DNA of 64,000 nt. Origin: Tubulanus polymorphus. Lineage: Eukaryota; Animalia; Nemertea. Below are positions 49,404 through 61,400 of the stretch, in pieces (positions within the stretch are counted from its first letter, which is position 1; each line of letters opens with the position of its first letter). The stretch lies in the NCBI RefSeq assembly GCF_964204645.1, contig NC_134028.1, positions 19,351,653 to 19,415,652 of the forward strand, in the 5' to 3' direction. The position numbers were made by a program, and so were the translations under genes. The notes beneath the pieces were generated by a model. It was not told the DNA's origin and did not search any database. It saw nothing but the letters and a program-made list of their open reading frames with translations.

Positions 49404-49645
49404 TATGATATGCCCTATTTTGGGGTGCAACCCGACCTAAATAAGATCCTAGATCTGCCCTTGTAGTCTGTATGAAGAATGATTTAAGCCAAAAACCAGT
49501 ATAATAGTTGCATAACAGATGTATAATTTGCCTCTTGTGGCTACATTTAAGGACACTAGAAAACTATCTGAAACATCAGGCACCATCCACGGAGAAGAAG
49601 GTCAAGGACACCCGGTGCATCTTATTTTAGTTCTTAGAATAAGTA

Positions 49646-50358
49646 CAGTGGAACCTCGTTACAACAAACTTTGGGGCACCAGAAAATCTGTTTATTATAA
49701 CCAATACAGTAAACTCTGCCTAAGTCGGATCAATTTGTACCCGATCATTTCGTCTGACATAGCCGGAATCCTACTTGGAAGATCAATTTTTTTAAATATT
49801 TTGGAACTCATTTATTAAGGACTAATATAAGGTTTATTCACTGTAAAAACTGTTATATGCAGAAAAAAAGTAAATGAATTATCAAATGTGTACTATTTGA
49901 ATAAGTTACCTCAGTTTTTGCCACAGGGGCTCATATTAGAAGTTTGGGGGTGAACTGTTGCTTAGATCCTCCAATATCGAAGACCAAGGTACTATATATA
50001 TCTTTTTATATACTTATGGTGCCGTGCAAGATCAATATCAGTGAAATGGTCATCAGTAAGTAGTAAGTAACGAAAACGACATTGCTACGAGATAGGCGAT
50101 TATCCGACTTGACCGGCTATGGCTTAGGCGAATACGAAAGCATTACTTCATATAGTAAACAGAAAATTCTTTTTATATTGCACCGAGTTGAGCGGTTATA
50201 CGACTCAGCCGGATCCGACTAAGAGTTTACTGTAGTGAAAACAGAAATTGAAAGGGAATAACATTACAATGTACTTACAAATGGCTCCTGTCCTATTTAT
50301 TAACATGAAATTAGCGCTTATATGGTTAAACCTGGGACGCAATTACCAAGGTTGACTG
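49646..50358. mobile_element. Tc1/mariner-type MITE relic with a nested second MITE (49707-50232)
   Basis: Outer TA|CAGTGGAACC...GGTTGACTG|TA (weak). Inner TA|CAGTAAACTCT..TAAGTCGGATC...GATCCGACTAAGAGTTTACTG|TA. Confidence 0.6.
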
Positions 50359-50411
50359 TATCTTACATTAAAAACACTAATCCAGATCACACCAGAACAG
50401 ACGATCGTGTA

Positions 50412-53400
50412 CTATAAAATCTTAGCAATAAAATCATCGATTACGTCTTCCTCTTTCATTCCAACAAATCGGCCAATTTCTTGACCTGCTTTCATCGCTA
50501 TCACTGTCGGTACTGCTTGAACCTGAAATAAATCACACAAATTATACCATCACCACAGTACTGTAGAGTAACAGTTCTAGGTCTAGTCTAGTACCTAGCC
50601 TTCGTTCCACAAACAACGTCTAGGGCGAAAGTGCTCGTATAATGTTAATTTTCATCCCTCATTTTGAGGGACGAGACTTCAAGCGTCTATTTCACCTCTT
50701 AAAACATGATCAACTTACCTCAAAAAGACTGTTCTGTAATCCGATGGAAGTTAACTATTCTTTGGGCATAAATTTATAATCCTAAATTGCTTTTGATGAT
50801 CGTAGTAACTCAAAACTGACTTTTGACTAGTCGCCTCAGAAAATAGTTGAAGTGAAGCAACATAACAAATATGGTGGATTTCGTGTTGCATGATGGGAGG
50901 GTAATACGGATTCGGACTTAAACTAGGACTGACATTGATGCCAATGCAGACTGACATGATTTTAAATAATTTCACGATAGGATTGCATGTCAGCAGCTAC
51001 GATTTTGTAATTGATTGTAATAACAAAATATGCCTCGTTACCACTTTAATATGGAAATACTTAGTTATTCTACTTACTATTCAACGCCCCATGGTGACCA
51101 TATTCAAAACCCAATGACCTTGAAACTCACCACAAGCATAGAACATGTCACGAACTATAACTTTGTAATTGATCATGGTAACAAAATATGCCTAGGTACC
51201 AATATAATAAGGAAATACTAAGTTATTCTACTATTCAACGCCCCCTGGTGACCATATAGAATAACTAATGGCCTTAAAACTTGCCACAATCATAGATGAT
51301 GTCATGAGCTACAACTTTGCAATTGATTGTGGCTACAAAATATGCATTGATACGAATATAATATAGAAATACTAAGATATTGCATTATTCAACGCCCCCT
51401 GGTGGCCGTATACAGAAACCAATGACCTTGAAACTCACCACAATCATAGAACACGTTATGAGCTACAATATTCTAAATGATTGTGGTAACAAAATACGCT
51501 TAGGTATCAATATAATGTGGAAAAACTTTTTCCCACTAACGAATGAGTACTGCTGACACCAAGATGGCCGCCAATTGCGTCATAATTGGCTGATGAAAAA
51601 TACCTGTCTTAGCTATAAAACATCCCTTTCCAAAGAATACCCATCACAAATTGCAATGAGAAATGATAAACCAGTAGGAAGCTACAGGACTCAGAATTTG
51701 GGCCAAAATTAACATTTTTGGGCACTAAAAAGGTCATAGGACGGCCATCTTGAGTCATATCGACCCAATTTTTGTTATGCTGATGGGCCCTGGGGGGATT
51801 CACATATATCCGAAAGATCAAGGTAATTGATCAAAGCGTCTTCAAAATTTCCCCCAAAAAGTTCAAAAATGTGTAAAAAGTGCTGATTTTGGCGAACAAC
51901 AATGGCTGCCAGTCGGCCATCTTGAATCTGACAGGGCCAGTTTTTGGGCTGAAGATGTGTCTAGGGTAGATACATGTGTAACCCAAATATCAAGACATTA
52001 CCTTGAAGCGTCTTCAAAACTTCCCAAAATAACTGGATTCCGTCTACGGACGGACGGACGAAAAGTGAACGCAATAGCCCGCTGGGACTAAAGTCCCAAG
52101 TGGGCAAAAAATGTGATGCTATCAGTAAATCAGCCATGTGGCGAACACGGAAGTAAATTTCCGCATTTCGAAACCACATTTTCGTCAGATATCTTGATGC
52201 AACGTTACCTTATTCACAGGATATCAAAACTAGATGAATCATTGAACACATCGCACACAATAAATCGTTATATCATACGCCTTGAATATCAGTATTCGCG
52301 CTAGAAATGATGAATATCAACCTATTCAATCGTGCCGCCATTTTGTTTGTGAAATAACGCGCACCAGCTGATCCACCTTGTTCAATGTTATGATGTCGTG
52401 ATGGAAGTCAAAACCGTATCAACACAAATATTATAGAACCAAGATTTTGTAGGGTTTCGCCTTTGAAAGCCCATAACTACCGAACCAAGCGTCTCATCTT
52501 GGCGATATAAAGTTCTTCTGACGCAAATAGCATTGAATTTTCACATGTGTTATTTTGGACGGTTAAAGATGCTGCATAAAAAAACGTGCTCAAATTAATC
52601 AAATTTTTGAAACTTTTTGTTAAATTTCTCAAAAAATATGAAACCCACGGCTTTCAACTTCGCGCAAAAGAAAAACCAATTACGAAATACATTTAATTTA
52701 CAGACACTCGAAAGCTGGTGGACTCCTGCATTAAGCACTTATACGACCCCAGTCGTGTAGTGGTAGGAGCCATCATCTGCGGCGTCAAAGCGTTCATTGC
52801 GTCAAGACGTGGCTGTACCCTGTCGAGACCCAGGTTCCGGTCTTTGTCGAGAGAACTAAAGTCAATGGTTAACGAATGTGGTGGGTCAGGATCTCGACCC
52901 GAAGCTTACACGCCTCGAGGAACGGGTAGTTGACTGTACAAGGGCTGGAAGTCACCAGATGTTTTCCTGATTGCCCATCCGGGTGAGGGTATCGGCGGTC
53001 TGATCCAGACCGTACAGCAGAGTCATGTTACCTGTTCAGCGGTTGTGTTCAACCACGGTGTTAACGACATCCGGGATAATTGGGAGACCACCGAGCACCT
53101 ATACCAGTTATATGCCATGCTGGCCAAACGATATTCTGGTATTCCTCTTTTTCACTTGGAAGTCCCGAGGTCGTCTCCCGGTATACGGAAAATCGGGGAA
53201 CACATTCGTCGGACGGATGCATAAATGTCCACTCGGTAAGAGCAGGTTTCATCCAGATCGACCACCTTGACCTGAATGACAACGACTTTGTAGCAGAGAT
53301 GCTAGGGCCAAAGTACCAAAATTCCGGAATTTAGAACGGGGGGGGGGGTCTGAAAAATTCTCCCCCAGGAAAAATTTTGCGTTTTTGCATCGCCGGAGAT

Positions 53401-56400
53401 GCAGTATCACGATCGGCATCTTTCATCTGAAAATATGACGGCAGGCATTCGTTGTGCTTCACATCCCTCGCTGCCTTCTTATGCCGCGCGCTATCCGGGT
53501 GACGAAGAATATCTTTTTTCCCGCCACTACCGTATTTGACCTGGTCTTTACAAACGACGCAGTACGCCACGCCAGCTAAGTCTAACTTACGAATGTAGTT
53601 CGATAAGTAGTCCCCGTTACTGTCCTTACACTCTAGCCAGTGCCAGTTAAATTTATTTTTTATACCGCTGTCAATTGCCTTTATATCGGCCGACTCCCGA
53701 CTGACAATCTTTCCGTGCGTGCTCATTTTGCAGACCGCCCCGCTTGACAGCTGCAGGCAAAAAGAAAGTTACAAAGCTGCGTGCCTCAGGACATAGCACG
53801 CGCATGGTCATAATTAAGATGATATTTATTAAATATCATCTTAATTATTACCACGTGCATCTTCACATTGTTGGCCGTCAGCGGGACGATGTACAACGGC
53901 GCGTAAAGATAATTGTAAATGGCGTCACAACAGTGGCGCTCCACCTACGCACGCACAGATACCACCACAAGCACACATATATACATTGTAGCAGAACATC
54001 CTTGGAAACGGAGACCAAGATAAAATAACACAGAAGCGACGACGAGTACAAGCAAACGAACGCTTTTACGGTCCGTGCCATTACTGGTTGCCGCGAGGAA
54101 TTCTCACCCAATTTCCGGAATTGACATCGGCGATCCTAAATTTCCGGAATTCCGGATATTTCCGGAAAACTAGCATCTCTGTTGTAGGTATACACTACCG
54201 CAACAAGGCGATGGAGATCGTAGGCGACCATGTAGTCAGGATGGTGAAGGCGCATTTAGATGGGACGTGGTACCCCCACCACACCTAATTGGGGTCAATT
54301 TGGAATTGCATTGGTATGCACTGGACACCTGCCAATGGTACTCCGCTGCATTCTGCTTGCTTCCCAGTTGCCCTACCTGTTCGGACACCTAATGGTACCC
54401 TGTTGCGTTTTTCCTTCGCAACCAGCCTTACCCTGCACATCTGTGAACATTTTGTCTGCCGAGTGTTTTTGCTATTCATCTTTTCAGGTTTCCTAACCGG
54501 ATAGCCCCGGAGGGCTCCACACGCTCAAGTTAGGGAGTTGCCGGACAGGGACCATCAAAACCGAAGTTGTTCAAGCGTTGAGATTGTAAATACCTGTATA
54601 TAGCTGGAGTAACGTGTAAATAGTGTGTAGTGATTCGCAAGGATGGCCAACGCGGATTGCAATACCTCTCGTGGTTGCATCCCTGGGAACACCTTTTAAT
54701 GGTTGCCCAGGCTTTATCCGTTTGTTTCACGTTTGTAACGACCCTGGTGGATTTTCGATAAGGATCAAGTAGGTGGTACGTCGGTGGCCACGATGGAGAA
54801 GGCATCATTTACCACGGCAATGGAGGAAACGGCATCCATTGCGAACAATTTAGCAGAACATTTAAATTTATAGGACTGTGCCGGTAATCCGAACGTTTAG
54901 TTGTATATCTTTTCCAGGAGTCGAGCCACGGCCTCGACTCATTTTAGGGAGGGGGTGGTGTGACAGACTAGGCTTAACCGAGTCCGTATCCTTTGTTTAG
55001 TTTAGTCCGTATATGTATTTTGATGTAAACCTGTAAGACCGGAAGCGGTCCCTTACAATCGGGTGAAGAAGCCATTGTTGTATCCTATTGTTCATGTTTA
55101 TTGATGGAAATCGGTCCACAAAAGGAGGCATCCCATCCACATTTGTAAATTGAGGCGACCGAAGAGATTTGTTACACTTGTGGTAGAACCAAAACCACCC
55201 ATATTGCAAATGCCAAAGCAGATGATATTTCAGTTACGAACATTAACTTTTTGCGTCATCAACCGTTTGTCCTTAGAGTTGATGGGTCTACTGTCAAAAT
55301 GACAATAACATAATCCATTAACAGTGGGTAGAGGAACTTAGTTGTATAGAATATAAATCATCCACCAAATTGAATTTTCTCTGCAGGTTCACTATTTTAC
55401 CCAGGGTGATGCTTCAAGTGTTGATTATACCAGTCTCGAATGCGCAGTGCGAGAGAATCTTTAGTATCGTTAGAAAGAATCGAAACGACTTCAGAGCCTC
55501 ATTAGGGCAAAAGACAATGGAAAGTTTGGGTAGATACATGTGTAACCCAAATATAAAGACATAATATCGGAACATCATCTTCAAAACATCCCATAGTAAC
55601 TGGATTCCGCTCCGACGAACGGACGGACGCTATGACAGACGAAAAGTGAACTCAATAGCCTGCTGGGACTAAAGTCCAAAGTGGGCTAAAAGCCAATACA
55701 AATAATTCGCCCTCCTTCATCACTCATCAGTAAATATTCTGATGAGAAATTAGGGTATTTCTTTGTATGGCCTTATCTAATAGGATTTTGTGTGCAGGCC
55801 GACAACTTTCGACAAATGATTTAGTTCTGCTAATGTATAATTCATAAGCAAATATAAGGCACAAACAACTATTACAACATAATGCATAGTTTCAAATTTT
55901 TCATTTACTTAGATCTTGGTTAGTATATAAGTTCGTCAAATTTTCAAATTTACTTTGTTGATTCTTAATATTTATCCATTGTCGACAATATAAGGCAATA
56001 TATACAGGGCTCAAAATAAGGAAAACCACTCACATGCCCGAGAGGCAAGTTACATCTCTACTAGCCCTCCAGATATTCCACTAGCCCTTCTCACTCTTAG
56101 TGAAGCCAAAAAAATTGACTGTTTAAACATGAGAAATCCCATAGTAATTCAGCCAGCCAAAAATGCTAAGTTCTTGAATATAGAAATGTATATATATTTG
56201 AGTAACGTTTAGGCTAAAAACGATAAGCTATCATCAGGCCAGGCGTACTGAATATGAATGGATTGACAAGATATTTTATACAGGAATGTAACAAAGGAAC
56301 TAAGTGAGTGATTATAAGTTGAATACAGATTAAAGGAATTAAAAACAATGTCCTGAAAACAATAGTAAAGTACAGAGTAGGTAATTGACAAATTAGAGGG

Positions 56401-58108
56401 GTAATAGTCTTTAGCCGCAACGTCGCTCAAATACATATACATTTCTAGCCAAGAACTTTGCATTTTTTGGTATTATTGTTGGACTTTATCGCATTTATTC
56501 ATTATACACAAATATTTTTAATCTTATCGACTCAATTGACTGTTTCACGTAACCCGACCAACCCTATGGTAATATTGCCAGCTCTGTATCACTTTTAAGT
56601 GATTACTTCTGTAAAAGCAATCTTAAAATTTTATGAAGGTGGGCATGTGTGCACTGCATCATTACGCCTACATGACAGGCATAAACTGGTTAAATATATA
56701 GGCCTATTTCAGGAAGAAAATCCCTCATATCTATGCTTTGTGCTTCCAACAAAAAACCCACTTGCCCAACAGGCAAGTGACATTTTGACAACGCACTAGC
56801 CCAATGAGAAATCTACTCGTCCGAGCTTATTTTGAACCTCATACATACATACATACACATATACATACACATACACATACAATGTTATTTCTAAAGGCAT
56901 CAATAAACTTTCAAGTAAGGGTTTTTGTTTACCTGATATTTGAAAGCTATTTCTTCATTTTCATCGATATCTATTTTCGCTAGTTGTAACTTGCCATCAT
57001 GTTTGGTCACCAGTGATTCTAATCGTGGTCCTAATAGTTTACACGGACCACACCAACTACAAACAAACAGCATACGTGCACAGCGGTGATATATCAATAC
57101 ACAGATCAGAGATACAGTCAACATTTGAGCAATTTATCAAACACGCACATAAGCGATATGTAAAAGGACTGGACATGGGCGTCCCTAGGGGAGGTTCGGT
57201 CGTTCGAACGAACCCCCTTTTTGAATCTTTAAACGTCGGCACATTGCTAAATTAGCAAAATAAAATCAATATATGTTAAGTAAACTGTGACCAGTCTACT
57301 TATCGGCCGAAGATTGCACCAGAACACACCTGCTTGCACGAAATTTTCAAAAATTTTCCGGGGAGGACCCCCTATTTCTAAAATCAAACTCCCCCAAAAA
57401 AATCCTGGGGACGCCCATGCTGGATTGCCAATTTGGCATCCTAAGTTAACACTTTTTTGTCAATGCATAATTTCTTAACTAGGCCTACTGGTCCAAGAAC
57501 ACTGTACTTGACAATTTGACCTCAATATTCAAGGCCCTCGGTGTACAGCAGAGTACCGATACGCTTAACTCAGTCAATTCCCCAAGTACCGATCCATTTG
57601 GGAATAATATGTACAAAATTTACGATTGGGTCAGATTTCATAAGTCGGAATAAGATATCTCAGTCCTTTTAAGAAATTGTAGTAGGCCTATATTTTCATA
57701 CGGGAAGCCGGTATGTCTAACTCAGATAAAAATGTACGTAAAATTACGAAAAGTGAACACAATAGACGGATGGGACTTAAGTCCCAAGTGGGCTAACAGG
57801 TTAAGTCCAAAATCATATGCATTAACTGAGGTTGATCGTAGACTATGATAAAAAGGCCTAGAGCATTGAATTATTGAATGAATGTAAGTTACATACGTGG
57901 CGTGAAAATCAACGATGACTGGAGTTTTACTATCGAGAACTCGATCTTGGAAATCATCAGAATCTTGAACATTAAACGAGATATTTCTGCTGTATATACT
58001 GTTGCAGAGGTATGCAGCAGAGGGGTACGTCGGGTTGCGGAGCCTGAAACTGTTGACGCCGCTCCGGAATAACTGTATCAATCCCTGTCTCATAGCAGCA
58101 CCAGCCAT
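50412..58108 (-). CDS. TXN2: Mitochondrial thioredoxin, 3 coding exons, 148 aa
   Basis: Exons 58108-57897, 57056-56933 and 50522-50412, GT-AG with consistent phases (447 nt). Arg-rich N-terminal presequence, [58 protein letters not shown]....FVG. Confidence 0.95.
50988..52110 (-). mobile_element. HINE copy in TXN2 intron 2 (further head fragments at 55527-55691, 57749-57796 and 3838-3895)
   Basis: Same head palindrome, (GACG)n and ~154-bp units as 41088-45305. Confidence 0.85.
52715..55200 (+). mobile_element. Gypsy element C 3' end: decayed SGNH-hydrolase-like ORF, hairpin, PPT and LTR start at 54959
   Basis: VDSCIKH (block I-like), [10 protein letters not shown] (GxND, 53054-53068), and NDFV|GIHY after removing the hAT insert. 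PPT AGGGAGGGGGTGG followed by TGTGAC. Confidence 0.5.
53294..54181 (-). mobile_element. Internally deleted hAT element with 6-bp TSD, retaining the transposase N-terminal zinc finger (53331-53726)
   Basis: 12-bp TIR CAGAGATGCTAG. TTGTAG duplicated at 53288-53293 and 54182-54187. Peptide [10 protein letters not shown]...AYCVVC...[13 protein letters not shown]. Confidence 0.85.
55385..55527 (+). pseudogene. hAT transposase C-terminal dimerisation-domain fragment
   Basis: [36 protein letters not shown]. Confidence 0.8.
56006..56840. mobile_element. hAT-like MITE
   Basis: CAGGGCTCAAAATAAG ... CTTATTTTGAACCTC with repeated CACTAGCCC/CTTGCCC subterminal motifs; followed by (ATAC)n at 56840-56882. 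Confidence 0.5.
57174..57419. mobile_element. 246-bp MITE in TXN2 intron 1
   Basis: TIR CATGGGCGTCCC.AGG; CTGGA directly repeated at 57169-57173 and 57420-57424. Confidence 0.75.
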
Positions 58109-58438
58109 CTCTCACTGACTGAAATATACAATGAGCAACTGCACAGTGAAACCGAGAGTCTGAGAGATAAGAAGGCCCACTCAGGCAACATGAAGTATGA
58201 GACCGCTGAGGCTTGTCACATTTCATTCACTTATGTACTGGTCCAATCCCGAAGACCGATCCTTAAAATCGCAAACATAGATAGTGGTCATTAGTGTGGA
58301 TCAGTCATCATTATCATTAACATATATATTATTGAATGTGACAAGCCCATGAGAGTGAGACTGGGCAAGGTTGACCACAGTCATTCTAGAGAAACTGAAA
58401 GTAAAGTGATCTAGTTTGTAGCACTACCACTGCTGCTA

Positions 58439-61400
58439 TGTCGGGAATTGTTATATGTCAGTTACCAGTAACGCACTCCCCTCAGTTCATGTAACCCCGC
58501 CTATGTAAGCCCCGCATGAAGTTATGCTGTAGCGAGTAGATAAATAAATCAGAGTTTACTTAGACACCAAACACATCGGTCGTTGTTCACCTCTCCGGCG
58601 GTCTTGCTTATTTTACTCAAACCTGGACCATTTAATGTGGCAATCATAGCCCACATTTTGGTGCCGTGACCAGGATATACAAGCAGTAAATTCGGAAACT
58701 CAGCCAAGATGCCGTCGAAAGAAGAGATAATGCGAAATGCGCAAATTCGACAGATGACGAAACTTTTTGATCAGGCGAGGGAGTTACTTCATTCGGAAAG
58801 TGACGAAAGCCTAGACAAATTGTCTGGCGTCATAACTAGAATACGTACAAAATTGGAAGTTATCGCAGGATATGATTCGGAACTGATTGCGAACGCAGAG
58901 TTAGGGAAACTCGAAGACCTCGTGTGTGAAACCGATGATTATATGAACGCAATAAACATCGAACTATCAACCTTCATCGGATACCTCGAACGGAAAAAGA
59001 ATCAAATCGAACCGACAACGCGCATGAAATCCGAGCAACAAAAAACTGCGAAAAGACCGATCCAGTTGCCGAAGTTATCTTTGCCAACATTCGATGGCGA
59101 TATTCTGAAATGGCAAACGTTCTTCGAAGGGTTTTTCTCGGCAGTTGATAGTGATGAGAACTTAACGAATATCCAAAAGTTCCAATATCTATCCGCACAG
59201 CTAAAGGGCGACGCTGCAAAAACGATCGAAAACCTGAGTTTAACAAACGAACATTATAATCAAGCTTTGGAACTTTTGTTAAACCGGTACGGGACACCAC
59301 ACAAAATTGTGGCCGCATACATGAAAGCGTTGTGGGAGCTTTCACCACCGAGTGATCGCGACAACTCACTTCGGAATTTCTATGACTCTCTGGAATCTTA
59401 TATTCGTGGATTAAATTCACTCGGAAAATCCGAAGAATCGTACGGAGATCTGTTAGTACCCATCATAATGGAAAAACTACCGAGCGGAACTAAACAACAG
59501 ATTACCAGAGACCACGGCAACAATGCTTGGAGCCTGACTGAACTAAGAAAGTCACTCCTTAAAGAAATTGAGGCCTTCGAGGCTAGTATCGAAAGCCTTA
59601 CGATAGAGGATGATTTTCCCGCCAATTCGCCGACCGTGGGAGCGTTCGCAGTAACGGCGAAAAACAGACAATTTTTCACGGGAAAACGATCGAAAATGTG
59701 CGTTCTGCAAAAAGATCAATCACGTTGCGGTGGACTGTAAAACGTTTCCAGATGCTGAAAAACGCAGAGAAATTGTTGCTAGGGATAATTTATGCTTTAA
59801 TTGTCTCTCGAGCGGTCACAAATCGACGAAATGCTTATCGAAAAACAGATGCAGAGTTACAAACTGCGGCAAAAAGCATCACACATCAGTTCATTTAGAT
59901 GCAAAATCAACCACACCTGTGGTCGCAAAATCAACCGATGAGAAAGCTGACAGGGATTGACATCAGTATCTGGGCGCCGCCGATGGAACAGTGTTATTAA
60001 AAACAGCTATCGCGAACGCAAAAAGTCGCGAAGGCGTAACGACTAACGTAAACATCTTGTTCGACGAGGGCGCTCAGCGGAGTTTTATTACTCAAAGAAC
60101 AGCCGAAAGATTATATATAAACAGTGAAGAAACCGAAACTATATCGATCAACACATTTGGCGCGAAACAATCAAGTGCGCGGTCACTGATTGTTGCGAAC
60201 TTTACACTATGTTCTGACGAAACCGACATACCGATAACGGCGTTAATTGTTCCACAAATTGCGTCGACAATGCGAAACCAAACCGGCAGATCTATCAAAG
60301 ATTTACCGTATCTGAAATGTTTGAAATTAGCGCATCCGTTTTCTACCGAATCACACTTCGAAATCGACATTTTAATCGGTGCCGATTTCTATTGGTCAGT
60401 GGTCGGTAACCACACAATCCGCGGAAATGGACCCACGGCAGTATCTTCGAAATTAGGGTATCTTCTCTCTGGACTGCTTAGTGATTGTGATCCAATAAAT
60501 TCCGCACGAGTTTACAACGTGGATGTTACGTCACATCGTTCGGAGGAAGTCAACCTCCAAAAATTCTGGGATCTCGAATCCATAGGCGTAACTGATGCAA
60601 CAGATGCGGCTTCAAAAGAATTCAATCTACTCGACTACTGTCAATCAAGCCTGACGACATCCGACACGGGACGGTATACTGCGAAGTTGCCGTGGAAGAG
60701 TGGAAACGCCCCTCTTCCGACAAATTATTATGTTACTCGAAACATAACACAATCGATGATTCGTCGGCTATCGCCGCAAATTCGAAATGTTTACCACAAC
60801 ATTATCATGGATCAATTATCGCGAGACATCATCGAAGAAGTCACAGATGATGACCGAAACATAGGTCATTATTTACCGCATCGCGCGGTCAAGAAGGAAT
60901 CGTCAACAACCCCTATCCGTATCGTCTATAACGCGTCTTTATCGACCGCGGGAAACCCTAGTTTAAATGATTGTTTGGAGACCGGTCCGACGCTGCTGAA
61001 TGACCTCGGTTCAATCCTGATCAGATTCAGGTTGCATAAATTCTGATTGTCGGCGGATATCGAAAAGGCGTTTCTTCAAGTTGGTCTGCACGATGATGAT
61101 CGCGAGTATACGAAATTTCTATGGTTGACTGATCCTAAGAATCCAGAAAGTGAACTCAAAACCTATCGCTTCAAGGTTATATTGTTCGGCGTGGTGAGTT
61201 CACCCTTTATATAAAATGCTACTGTTCGTTTTCATCTAAATAATTATAATAACCATGTATCACGTGACTTAGTTAAAAATATATATGTCGACAACGCGAT
61301 TAGTGGATGTGAATCTGAGAGCGATCTCATGAAATACTATACGAATATCAATAGCATAATGAAAAACGGCGGATTTAAACTTCAGTCTTATGCTTCTAAC

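Noticed and set aside
38528-51221. Recurrent short ORFs beginning MTLKLTTI
   Set aside because: They are translations of the non-coding ~154-bp HINE tandem unit, with frames broken differently in each copy.
52160-52190. Minus-strand CUGACGA…GAAA hammerhead-like core
   Set aside because: Stem II is weak and lacks the closing G-C pair; there is no stem I/III or cleavage triplet.
53331-55527. hAT N-terminal and C-terminal fragments as one gene
   Set aside because: They are on opposite strands, and the N-terminal piece is enclosed by its own TIRs and TSD.
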